64,000 nt of DNA from Nemertoderma westbladi (lineage: Eukaryota > Animalia > Xenacoelomorpha). Both the position numbers and the translations under genes were made by a program. The notes beneath the pieces were generated by a model. That model did no database searches. It saw only the letters and a program-made list of their open reading frames with translations, and was not told the origin of the DNA. Below, piece by piece: positions 25,954-36,535 of the stretch (position 1 is the stretch's first letter; the number at the start of each line of letters is the position of its first letter). The stretch spans positions 71,186-135,185 of the forward strand of contig JAUCBJ010006900.1 in assembly GCA_032718475.1 (NCBI GenBank), given 5' to 3'.

Positions 25954-26023
25954 GTCTTAGAAAACCAGCTGCTACCCACAGTATTAGAACCTAGAACTAC
26001 CAGCTACCAAGCTAAAGGACAGG

Positions 26024-29000
26024 ATGAGCGACATAACGCCAACGCGGACCCCGGACGAAGAACTAACGATCCGCGAGGCCGCGACCAGACGGTACAGGCC
26101 CACGACGCCGGACCCATCGGTAACGGGTCATCCGGCAGTTCAAGATGAGGGGGGCCGTCTGGAGCCAGAGGTCGAGTCGAGAGGAGCGGGAGTCGAGTTG
26201 AGAGAAGGAGAGGGCGAGCTGGAAGGAGAAAGAGACGAGTCGACACACGACGACGGTCGACGTGCCGATGTCGCCGGCCAGCCACAGGCCGAGGGCGATG
26301 GACGGCCCACCGGAACGGCGACGGTGGGGCCGCCGGTACGACGTCGGACCCGGAGAGATGGAGGAGAGGTCGGCGACGAGGACGTCGGGGTTTCTGATCG
26401 ACTTCGACGGGCCTACAACGCGACCCGGAAGCTACTTAAGGAGGCCAAGGAGGGGGCGAGAATAGACGAGGTAAAGTTGACACAAGGACTAGGTGAGTCG
26501 GATAAACATTTTAGTTATCTAATGCGCTTCGGGCAGAGAGAACTGGCCAAGGAGAGAGCGAGAGGGGTTGCCGAGGAACTGTGTGATTTATGGCGGTGTA
26601 GGGGTATGCAACCTAGTGTAGTGTACATAGGGCCATACTTAGTCGATGCCCAGGGTATAAAATTAGTGGGTTGGAGGAGACCTGAGGAGGGCGAATCCGA
26701 GGTTAACCCCGAGGATTCGGTCTCGTCGGTCGGAGGGAATTCCAATTCCGGGAGGCGGGGGAGAGTCAGTAGGACGGGAAGGCGGAGGGAATCCGTCACA
26801 ACCGATAAGTCTGCTACATCCTCCGTAAAAGGAAGACGGGTGAGGGAAATAAATGCAGTGTACCATCTCGAACTGATAGCGCAGGGCCAGAGAGAGGTAG
26901 AGAGACAGTTAGAGGAGGGGAGAGCGCTATTAGAGAAAGAGATGGAACTGATTAAAGAGACCGGAGAGAGGGCCGAGAGAGCCGCGAAAAGCTTTAGGGA
27001 GAGTGAGGAAATAGGGAGGAAGGAACAAGAGGAGCGTGAGGCGAGAGAGGAAAGTGAGCGTAAGAGCGAGGCGCGAAGGCGGAGCGTAAAGAGCGCAAGG
27101 CGGAACGAAGGGAGTGTGAGGCGAGAGAGGAGAATGAGCGTAGAGAGCGCAAGGCGGAACATAAAGAGCGCGAGGCGAGACGGAGGGAGAGAATTGAGAG
27201 AGAGAAGGAACTGGCCGAACAGAGTGCACGGGAGAGTCGGGAAATGATAGCAGATGGGAGGCGTATGCGGGATGGTTTACATGCCCGCCTAGGGGGGTTA
27301 ATTCAGCACCAAACCAGACAGCAGCGCATACTGAAATTGGCGCGATTGGGGTTGTCAGAGAGTGAGGCTGGGTCGAGTGCTCTCGAGGAGCCAAGGCCCG
27401 AGGAAACATTTATTAATACCCCACTTACAGGAACCGCACGACAGACCCGAGACTGGTGTGACCGTACGGGTGGGGGGGGGGGGGGGGGTAATAATAATAC
27501 TACAGTAGACGACGTTAATATTAATAGTACCGTATTGGATAACTCTAACCAAACTTTTATTGCAGGAAATATTTTACCTAGTAGTAGTAATTTAAATTTA
27601 AATCCGAATAATCCAAATAATCTAAATAATAATCTGAATTCGAATTTCCAAAATAATTCAAGTTACGAATTGCGCAAAATAATCCGAATAACTTTATTTT
27701 GAACGAAGAAAATAATTCCGTTTCTAATTTGGGTGCACAAAATAATTTAACTGGGGTGTAGTATTTAATTGATTTAACCAATAACGGTACCTGTGGTGCT
27801 ATTAATGTGAACGCGTCGGGCGTGTATAGCCCGGAAGCCAGCCTGATGGACCGCGTAGTTAACGAGCCAGAGGTGGCGGGGTTGAGTCAACCCGAGGTGG
27901 GCCTGGTAGGCCACGTAGTTAGTAGGCAGGAAGCGACGGGGTTGAGTCAACCCGAGGTGGGCCTGGTAGGCCACGTAATTAGTAGGCAGGAGGTGGCGGG
28001 GTTGAGCCAACCCGGAGTAGGCCCGGTAGGCCAAGTAGTAGTGGGGAGAGAGGCAGGGGTAAGCGAACCCAGCCGTAGTAGAAACATTGTGTCGACTGGA
28101 GAGGGGTGTAGAAGTGAAGTAAGAGGTAGCGGCATGATATGTGGCGAGTGGGGGGGGGGGGGGGGCTGCAGGAGTCCCACAACGGGAAGTTAATGGCGAG
28201 TGGGGGGGGGGGACTACGGGAACCCCACAGCAACAGGTTAGTGGCGAGAGGGGGGGGGGGGCAGAGAGTGTCCCACAGGCATCGGCGGATAATGCGCGGG
28301 CCGCATTAGGTAAACCGCAACACCCGGCGACGGAGAGTGATAGGGGGATTGCGAGTATCCCCAGCGGCGTGCGATCGAGCAGAGAGAGGCAGGTTGACGT
28401 CGCGAGAGGGCGGACGGAGCGTCGAGCCCGATCAGAAGAGGGAAGAAGAACAGTGGAGTTTAACCGGGAGGTCGACGAGAGATCTCACGAGCGGGAATAC
28501 TGCACTGAAAGGAGAAGAAGAGAAGACAGTAGGAGAAGTATCGCCGCGAACGATAGGAGAGCGAGGATGGACAGCGAGCCATCGGTAGTCGAGATGGAAA
28601 GAGAGTGTCGGTGGGGTCGAACTTCGGGAGATTGCCGTCGTCCTGGAGAGACGCGACCTGACGAGACGCATTACGCGTCGAGAGAGGGGTACACAATGTA
28701 CCGGTACGAAGACGAGAGCAGTAGAGGGGGTCGAAGAGAAACTTCCCGACGGGATATACCTACCGATCGAGAATACGGTAGCCGCGGGGAGGATTATTCG
28801 AGAAGAATAAACTTCGATCCCGAGCGACACATACAGACTGTAGGACATACTGTAGGCCTTACTGCACATACCATAGGCCATGCTGACAGGAATAATGTAG
28901 GCGATAGGATAGCGCGGACGACGGAATTAAACCCGGAAGTCGCGGAGTACATACCGGCAGGTAGGCCAGAAGATGATAGGCCTATACCGGTACCAGCACA

Positions 29001-29181
29001 GCAGTATGACTACAGCATGCAGGGACATAACATATACCCAGGGGAGGGGGAAACTATTGCGGATAGGTGCATGGGCCCCAATATATTAACATCAACCCCA
29101 GTACCAAACATACCGGTGGGGGGGGGGGGGGGGGACAGGGTGACATTCCCCCATCACAATATCAACAATATACCCCGATAG
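26024..29181 (+). pseudogene. Long low-complexity N-terminal gag extension of C, broken into ORFs 26024-27247, 27244-27702, 27807-28193 and 28141-29181
   Basis: R/E-rich coiled-coil-like, N-rich and 60-bp repeat segments; several breaks lie near poly-G runs; directly upstream of the gag core. Confidence 0.6.
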
Positions 29182-29202
29182 GAGTAAGAACAACGAGACC
29201 CC

Positions 29203-32200
29203 TTGGATGAAAATAGGTCATGCGACACAGAAATATGGAGGGGGCCGCTACCCCCAATGATATACCCAAGCCAGAGGAAGACAGGAAATAGGACGGACGG
29301 ACCGCACCTAACAGGAGAAACTATACAACATCCATCGAACCCATTGGAAGCGCAGGCGATGGGAATGGCCACGTTAATCGATGCGCTAAAAACTAGGATC
29401 GAGCTACCACCCGTGGAACCATTTAAATTCGATGGGAGTAGGCCAGAAGAATATCTACAGTTTCGGCGCATGTATAGTAACGAAATACTAACAAAGAACT
29501 TGACGCAGGCGGAGTGCCTAAAATATCTCCAAGTATACACAGGAGGCCCAGCATACGACATCGTGAGGCAATACCAGGGTATAGAGGGCGGCTTCACGAC
29601 GGCATGGCGGGCATTGGACAGGGAATACGGGCACCCGGCCAAGATCATCCGGCAAACCCTGAGAGGCATAACATCGGGTGGCCTACAGGATAGTCCCGTT
29701 AGCATTAAGACATTCGCGAACAAGGTCGAGAAGGCGCTAATCGTGTTAAAGACGCTAGACGCGCCATACGAACTCAACGCGTCCAACAACATCACCACGA
29801 TAGCGCAGGCACTACCGATGTGGCTGCGCAACAAGTGGAGGAAGATCGCTTTCTCCACTCGAGATAGGAAGGGTGCGGAACCGGGTTTAGAAGAAATGTC
29901 GAGCTTCTTAAACTACGAAGCTGAACTAATAACCGACCCAGTCTATAGTGAGGACAGCCTGGGAAAGGGACCAAGAACCGATTACCATAGGCCGAAACCA
30001 GAACACAACACGTCAAACGCATTACCAAAGCTCAGGCAATCATTGCCATACGCAGCGACGCAGGGGACTGCAAGTCCACAGGTAGCCGAAGGTAAGACCA
30101 CACCATGGAACGGACAGGGGAACAATAACAACACAAATAAATATAACCCTAGTACGTCCAGTAGGCCGAACCCAAACAACAAGAATAGTAGGGACTTTGG
30201 TGCAAATGCAACTGCGATACGCAATGCACTGCATAAGGAGGGCTACAACCCAAAGAGCAAATGCCAGCTACATACAAATGCGCTTCATCAAACTATGAAC
30301 TGCAGGTACTGGCAAGCGCTACCCAGGGAAGATCAGGTAGAATATGCGGCGAGAAATGAGATCTGCTCGCGATGTGTGATGAGTGGACATAGAGCTAGGC
30401 AATGCAAGGAGACGCCGGTCAAGTTCGGTCAAAGGAAAGGCCAAACGATGGCAACGAGCACGGTAGGGGCGAAGAAGAGAGGAACGGTGCTACTTGGGGT
30501 AGTACCAGTGCGAGTGATTGGAGAAGGCAATCGATCAGTAACCACACTGATGCTGGTTGATAGTGGAGCTGCCTTCACATTAATCGAGGATTGGGTGGCC
30601 GAAGAGATAGGATTGAGAACGAGGCCAAGTAGAATGGCGGTGACAACGATTTCTAGCAAAGATGAGGTCCTGGAGATGAGGACCGGACGGTGCGCAATTG
30701 CAGCAGTGGCACCGGGATGCGACTATGGGGCGACCATCGACCCCATCCAAGTGATAGAGTCAATAAATATCAATGCCAGGCGACCAACCAACATCGAGGT
30801 CGAACAATATAAGTTTCTGGATGATATCGACTTCTCAATCCCAGAGGTGGACGTTAGGAAGGTATCCATCATAGTAGGAATGGACTGCCCGACGGCCCAC
30901 GAAAGAATACAAACGGTCTTCGGCGAAGACAGGCAGTGTGACCCGGTGGCGATACTGACACCATTCGGGTGGACGCTGAGTGGCCCAATCAAGAGCAAGA
31001 TACCATTTAGGATGTCGGAGACATCAGGATGCATGTTCGCGGGAACTATGCAGGAAATGGGTGATGAGAGAGCAGAGGAGCAGCTTAAGAGACTACTCAG
31101 ACAGGATTTTGAAGGATTAAAGGAGACCAGGGTCGGGACCTCGGTGGAAGACAAACAGGCTCAACGAAGCGTAGAGGAGTCTATGAAATGCGACGAGGGG
31201 CGGTATACCATAGGAATGGTATGGAAGCTACCAAAGCTACCATTGCCCGATAATAAAGGGATGGTGCTCACGAGGCTTCGTAAGTTGAAGCAGACACTAA
31301 AACGGAGCCCCGAGAAGAATGAGTACATCCACAGAACAATTAAGAAGTACGTCGAGAAAGGATGGGCCGTGGAGTTACCGGTCGACGAACCAAACACGGA
31401 TAGGACGTATTACCTACCACTCCACGTGGCTTTAGATCCGAAGAAAGGTAAACTGCGGATGGTAGTTGACGCATCGGCAAAGACCAACGGGAAATGCTTA
31501 AACGACTATCTACTAGAAGGTCCCAACATATACAACTCAGGGATAGAGGTCCTACTTAGATTTAGAAATGGGAAACACGCCTTCACGTGTGACATAGAAG
31601 GCATGTTCAACCAAGTCCGTGTGACGGAAGAGGATAGCGACAGTCAACGCTTCTTATGGTATAACGGCGACGAAGAACCGTCAATAATACCGACGTACAA
31701 GATGGTAGTACAGAACATGGGAGCCAAGTCGTCTTCATTTACGACGACTATGGCAGTAAGAGATACAGTGAAAGGGAAGGAGGATAGATACAGCACTAGG
31801 GCCATCGATATGATTCGACGCGGCTTCTATGTAGACGACGGAATGGAGTCTGGAAATACGGTTAAGGAGATACTGGACACAGGGCGCGAGGTTTGCGACA
31901 TCCTAAAAGGATCCGGCTTTAACCTGACCAAATTCCAATCCAGTTCGGAGGAATTTATCAAGGCGATAGAGGACGAGAGACCAGAATCGACCATGGATAA
32001 TCCCACAACAGCCAAGAGGACAGAGTCTCAACAGAAGGCACTGGGAATCGTGTGGAACAGAGAGACAGATGAACTGAAGTACCAGCTGAGCCAGGAGGGC
32101 GCAGACATTCACACAAAGAGGGGCTATGTGTCGTATATAGCAAGGATATACGATCCCCTAGGTCTAGCATCCCCACTATTAGTCACGGGGAAACAGATAC

Positions 32201-33159
32201 TCAGGAGAGTATACAAACTGAAGGATGAGTGGGACATAGAGGTACCAGAAGAGATCAAGAAACAGTGGTGTAAGTGGACAGAAGGTTTGGAGAAGATGGG
32301 AACATACAGCATGCCAAGAGTGTATTTCCCGGATGGGAACATGACAAATCTGGACTTACACATGTTCTCCGATGCGTCGTTGGAGGCATACGGAGCGGCA
32401 CTCTATTTAGTACAACGAGAGGGGGCTCACAAGCCCAGACTGGCCTTTAGCAAAGCGAAGTCAACGCCGCCAGATTCAGCATCAGTTCCCAAACTAGAAT
32501 TGACAGCTGCGAGACTAGGAGTTAGGGCCACAGCCTACCTAGTGGATACTATTCCCAACATAGTGGAGACACACTACTGGACGGACTCCATGGTAGTGCT
32601 TGGTTGGCTACATAACGAAAGGACGAGATACCCTATATTCGTCGTGAATAGGGTGGACGAAATAAGGGCGACCACAGAATTGGAAAGGTGGCACTACTGC
32701 CCAACGGACAAGAACCCAGCGGACTTGTTATCGAGGGGCGTGGTACGCCACACTTTCTTGAAGAAGGAAGTATTGTGGCAACACGGGCTACAGTTTCTGA
32801 ACAACAAGGAGGCCTGGCCGCCGATGAGGAAGGTGGAACCAGGCTCGGGAGAAGCAGTATCAGAGGGAGAAGAGGGAGATTCAGAGGGAGAAGAGATATA
32901 CTCCCAGATGGTGAGGGAGATAAGGGACGTGCAACCTAAACCAGAAGAACTGTGCAATAACCCGACGGATAAACTCCTCAGCTACAGCTCTAGTTGGTAT
33001 AAGACCAAGAAATTAGTGACGTACTGGAGAGCCTTCGGGAATTTCCTCGCGGGAGTTGGCAAAGGCAAGAAGATCAGGACAACCATAGATCTGGAAGAAG
33101 CGGCCAAAGCAGTCATCCGCTATGAACAACGGAAGAACTATCGTGGAACGCGTCGGTAA
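29203..33159 (+). CDS. BEL/Pao gag-PR-RT-RNase H polyprotein of C
   Basis: KFDGSRPEEYLQF capsid; zinc knuckles CQLH..H..C and CSRC..GH..C; LVDSGA; TYYLPLH, LRMVVDAS, DIEGMFNQV, FYVDD; HMFSDAS, PKLELTAA, NPADLLSRG. Confidence 0.95.
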   Translation: MDENRSCDTEIWRGPLPPMIYPSQRKTGNRTDGPHLTGETIQHPSNPLEAQAMGMATLIDALKTRIELPPVEPFKFDGSRPEEYLQFRRMYSNEILTKNLTQAECLKYLQVYTGGPAYDIVRQYQGIEGGFTTAWRALDREYGHPAKIIRQTLRGITSGGLQDSPVSIKTFANKVEKALIVLKTLDAPYELNASNNITTIAQALPMWLRNKWRKIAFSTRDRKGAEPGLEEMSSFLNYEAELITDPVYSEDSLGKGPRTDYHRPKPEHNTSNALPKLRQSLPYAATQGTASPQVAEGKTTPWNGQGNNNNTNKYNPSTSSRPNPNNKNSRDFGANATAIRNALHKEGYNPKSKCQLHTNALHQTMNCRYWQALPREDQVEYAARNEICSRCVMSGHRARQCKETPVKFGQRKGQTMATSTVGAKKRGTVLLGVVPVRVIGEGNRSVTTLMLVDSGAAFTLIEDWVAEEIGLRTRPSRMAVTTISSKDEVLEMRTGRCAIAAVAPGCDYGATIDPIQVIESININARRPTNIEVEQYKFLDDIDFSIPEVDVRKVSIIVGMDCPTAHERIQTVFGEDRQCDPVAILTPFGWTLSGPIKSKIPFRMSETSGCMFAGTMQEMGDERAEEQLKRLLRQDFEGLKETRVGTSVEDKQAQRSVEESMKCDEGRYTIGMVWKLPKLPLPDNKGMVLTRLRKLKQTLKRSPEKNEYIHRTIKKYVEKGWAVELPVDEPNTDRTYYLPLHVALDPKKGKLRMVVDASAKTNGKCLNDYLLEGPNIYNSGIEVLLRFRNGKHAFTCDIEGMFNQVRVTEEDSDSQRFLWYNGDEEPSIIPTYKMVVQNMGAKSSSFTTTMAVRDTVKGKEDRYSTRAIDMIRRGFYVDDGMESGNTVKEILDTGREVCDILKGSGFNLTKFQSSSEEFIKAIEDERPESTMDNPTTAKRTESQQKALGIVWNRETDELKYQLSQEGADIHTKRGYVSYIARIYDPLGLASPLLVTGKQILRRVYKLKDEWDIEVPEEIKKQWCKWTEGLEKMGTYSMPRVYFPDGNMTNLDLHMFSDASLEAYGAALYLVQREGAHKPRLAFSKAKSTPPDSASVPKLELTAARLGVRATAYLVDTIPNIVETHYWTDSMVVLGWLHNERTRYPIFVVNRVDEIRATTELERWHYCPTDKNPADLLSRGVVRHTFLKKEVLWQHGLQFLNNKEAWPPMRKVEPGSGEAVSEGEEGDSEGEEIYSQMVREIRDVQPKPEELCNNPTDKLLSYSSSWYKTKKLVTYWRAFGNFLAGVGKGKKIRTTIDLEEAAKAVIRYEQRKNYRGTRR

Positions 33160-34444
33160 ACAACAGCACCTTCGACGGGACAGCGAGCTGATCACGCTGT
33201 CACCACAACTTAATGACGACGGGATTCTAGTAATGAATTCTAGGGTGGGATACAACAACAGCATAGTCGTACCACCGAAACCCATCATCATTCCCACAGG
33301 ATCGCCAATAGTCCACCAGATTATCTGGGACTCCCACAAGTCGATATTGCACGGGGGCACCAACCAAACCCTCACGGAGATACGGAGGACCTTTTGGGTC
33401 AAGCAGTTGAGGAAGAAGGTAAAAGCGGTAGTGGGGCAGTGCCAGACCTGCCGACGAGCGAAGAAGGAGCGAGCCATACAGGAGATGGCACCACTACCAT
33501 CAAGTAGGGTAAGACAGCACGACCCGCCATTTACGCATTGCGGTGTGGACATGTTCGGGCCGATAAAGATCAAGGTGATGCGGCACACGGAGAAACGCTA
33601 CGGTATCATCTTCGTATGCAATAACACGCGGGCGGTAGGGATAGAACTCGCCCAGGATACAACCGCATCAGCATTCATTAATGCGTTAGAAAGGTTCAGA
33701 GACCGCAAAGGTGGGACGATCGCAGTAATGTACTCCGACAGCGGAACCAACTTTGTGGGAGCAGAGAACGAGATGGCAGAGGCCTTGGACACCTTGGAAG
33801 GGGAGGAAGTCAGGGCAGCCATGAGACGACGACAAGTAAAGTGGGAGAGGAGGACGCCGTATGCACCGCATACACTAGGGTGCGTCGAGAGACTGGTGGG
33901 CAGTTCAAAGCGTCTCATGACGAAGTTAATGAACACCCATATGGTCACGGAGGACGTCTTGAGAACAGTACTCGCAAAGTGTGAGGGTATCATTAATAGC
34001 AGACCGCTATATCCGGAGAATGATGACCCTGAGTCACTAGATGTGCTGACGCCTAGCCATTTTCTAAACGAAAGGCCAGCGACCATCGATATGCGGGGTG
34101 TAGACCCAGACGACATACACTCCCGCCAGAGTTGGAAAGTCGCTAAAGCGATAAGCGCAGAGTATTGGAGGAGGTGGGTTGAGGAATACCTACCCACGCT
34201 TCACAAAAGAAGCAAGTGGAGGAATTCGAATAGGGAGTTAAGAGAGGGAGATCTCGTAATCGTTACGGATGATACTATCATCAACAACCAGTGGCGGTTG
34301 GCGAGAGTTGTAGGCACTTACTCCGATGAGGACGGAAGAGTCCGATCGGTAGAAGTGCGGATAGGTGGCAAGATAGGTGCGAAAGACAGAAAAACCTACA
34401 GGAGAGCTGTAGGGAAATGCTGTCTATTAGAAGGGGCACCTTAG
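33122..34444 (+). CDS. BEL/Pao integrase of C (frameshifted relative to the upstream pol)
   Basis: HKSILHGG...CQTC; GVDMFGP; YSDSGTNF; GCVERLV; LTPSHFL; WRLARVV...DGRVRSV. Confidence 0.95.
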   Translation: MNNGRTIVERVGKQQHLRRDSELITLSPQLNDDGILVMNSRVGYNNSIVVPPKPIIIPTGSPIVHQIIWDSHKSILHGGTNQTLTEIRRTFWVKQLRKKVKAVVGQCQTCRRAKKERAIQEMAPLPSSRVRQHDPPFTHCGVDMFGPIKIKVMRHTEKRYGIIFVCNNTRAVGIELAQDTTASAFINALERFRDRKGGTIAVMYSDSGTNFVGAENEMAEALDTLEGEEVRAAMRRRQVKWERRTPYAPHTLGCVERLVGSSKRLMTKLMNTHMVTEDVLRTVLAKCEGIINSRPLYPENDDPESLDVLTPSHFLNERPATIDMRGVDPDDIHSRQSWKVAKAISAEYWRRWVEEYLPTLHKRSKWRNSNRELREGDLVIVTDDTIINNQWRLARVVGTYSDEDGRVRSVEVRIGGKIGAKDRKTYRRAVGKCCLLEGAP

Positions 34445-34553
34445 GGTGGAGTTAGAGTGTTGTTTAGTCGTCCAAGTTTTGGACTGAGGGGGGTGGGATT
34501 GAGTGCGAGATGCCCTTCCCACACATAAAATAAAAATAAAATAAAAAATAATT

Positions 34554-35080
34554 AGAGTTAGAATTAGTTAGTTAGTTAGGAGGTACGTAGTACTGAAAAT
34601 AGTTAGTTAGTTAGAAGGTACGTAGTACCGAAAGTTAGAGTCAGTTAGTTAGTAAGAGGGTACGTGGTACCGTTAGTTAGTAGAGAGAGTTGGTGGAGTT
34701 AGTGGAGTTAGAGTAGTAAGAGGGTACGTAGTACCGTTAGTTAGTGGAGTTAGAGTAGTAAGAGGGTACGTAGTACCATTAGTTAGTGGAGTTAGAGTAG
34801 TAAGAGGGTACGTAGTACCGTTAGTTAGTGGAGTTAGAGTAGTAAGAGGGTACGTAGTACCGTTAGTTAGTAGAGTCAGAGTAGTAAGAGGGTACGTAGT
34901 ACCGTTAGTTAGTAGAGTCAGAGTAGTAAGAGGGTACGTAGTACCATTAGTTAGTGGAATTAGAGTAGTTAGAGGGTACGTAGTACCATTAGTTAGTGGA
35001 ATCAGAGTAGTTAGAGGGTACGTAGTACCGCTAGTTAGAGAGAAAGAGAGTAAGAGTTAGAGGGTACGTAGTACCGATTA
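34554..35080 (+). repeat. ~41-bp tandem array with a GGTAC-GTA-GTACC hairpin core
   Basis: About 10 units of GAGTAGTAAGAGGGTACGTAGTACCGTTAGTTAGTGGAGTTA-like sequence. Confidence 0.9.
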
Positions 35081-35506
35081 GTAATAGGGGTAGAAGGGAT
35101 ATGTATAATATGGATATTAGTTAGCAGTTAGTAGCGAGAGGGGGGCACATGAGTACAGTTGGATAGATCGTGTAGGCCACGCGACATATACTGCTGTCCT
35201 GCACAGGCCCATAGAGTAGGTCAGAATGTGGATTATGAAATAGAATAATCCATAAACAGTAAATAGTAGAAATAAATCAAAACAAAATAGAATAAGAATA
35301 GGGCTGAAAGAAAAAAGTTACAAATTATGGTAACAATAGGGAAATTATTCTGGAACATAATAAAAGTAACTGACAAAACTGCAAATTAGGGTACATTTAA
35401 TAGCTTCAAAATTAAGTAGTAGGAATTTAGGCAAAACTAGATAAGGAATAGGCCATTATCGGACCGTACAGACCATCCTAGCTGCATCACTCACTTATAT
35501 CGCGCC

Positions 35507-36535
35507 TTGGTAAGGCACTACCTTATAGGTGAGCGATCGGGAGAGTTCGAAATGGTGGGGAAACTGATCAGGAAGAGAAAGGCGGAGTCAGGAGGAAAGG
35601 AGATACTGGTGGATTTCACCAAGAGGCATCCGGAAGAGAGGACGAGGGGATATTATGACCGGTTAGGAAAGGGTCACGCAGCACGAGCGCTACAGGACCA
35701 CTTCAGGGAGATGCATGAACAGCGGCTGGTCGGGACCTATGGGACGCCGTCGCTGGACAACGCGATCTTCGAGCATTTCCACTACATGGTGAAAGGAGAC
35801 GAGGCGAAGTTTGGGATTCCGAAGTATGCGAGAGAGTCACCGAGGAAAGATTGGAAGAGGTTCATAGAGTCCGTCAACAGGGGAGGATACATGATCCTAT
35901 ACGACGAAGGGACCGTGGAAGACGAGGAGGGTTCAAGGAGAGGATCAGCAGGATCAGCCAGGACCATACTCCTACATTTGGCCGCGCCAAATGGAGACAT
36001 TTTCCTATTTGACCTGGGAACGTATGGGAAGAAGGATGGGCCGAAGTTGGACCGGCTGCCAAGGGTGGTGCAGGTCCTAGTGAGGGAGAAGTCGACGACG
36101 AAAGTGGGATCGGCGATTCGCGAGGACGCGGAGAGAATCATCGGTCCGGACGCCACCAACCTCCTGGATATGCAGAAGGTCTTCATGGCTATGACAGCAC
36201 CAGACGGGTTGGGACTAGTCGGGAACACAGGCCAATGCGGAGCGGTGGCAATGGGCCAGCTATTGGGGCTCGTATGCCACAAACCGATGGACTGGGGGAA
36301 GTTCAGGGAGGAATACGGAGCAGAACTAGCAAGCTCGCTAAAGTGGGGAGCGAGGCCGGGAAAGCAAGAGGTGTATCAATTCCGAAGAGGAGCGATAAAG
36401 GTATATCAGAAGCGATATATCCTTCAGGAGGATTGGATAATGATAAGTTTGCTTAATCATGACCGTGGTTATCGAGAGGGAACCAGCGGCATTTCTGTTA
36501 TCGGGATCACCCCTAAGATACAGGAGAGCCTTTAA
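35507..36535 (+). CDS. Accessory ORF of C, part 1: DEDDy/DnaQ-like 3'-5' exonuclease-fold protein (WRN/Mut-7/EXD-like)
   Basis: Ordered motifs MILYDEG, LLHLAAPNGDIFLFDL, LPRVVQVLVREKSTTKVGSAIREDAERI, NLLDMQ, GAVAMGQLLGLVCHKP, QKRYILQED. Assigned by eye. Confidence 0.72.
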   Translation: MVRHYLIGERSGEFEMVGKLIRKRKAESGGKEILVDFTKRHPEERTRGYYDRLGKGHAARALQDHFREMHEQRLVGTYGTPSLDNAIFEHFHYMVKGDEAKFGIPKYARESPRKDWKRFIESVNRGGYMILYDEGTVEDEEGSRRGSAGSARTILLHLAAPNGDIFLFDLGTYGKKDGPKLDRLPRVVQVLVREKSTTKVGSAIREDAERIIGPDATNLLDMQKVFMAMTAPDGLGLVGNTGQCGAVAMGQLLGLVCHKPMDWGKFREEYGAELASSLKWGARPGKQEVYQFRRGAIKVYQKRYILQEDWIMISLLNHDRGYREGTSGISVIGITPKIQESL

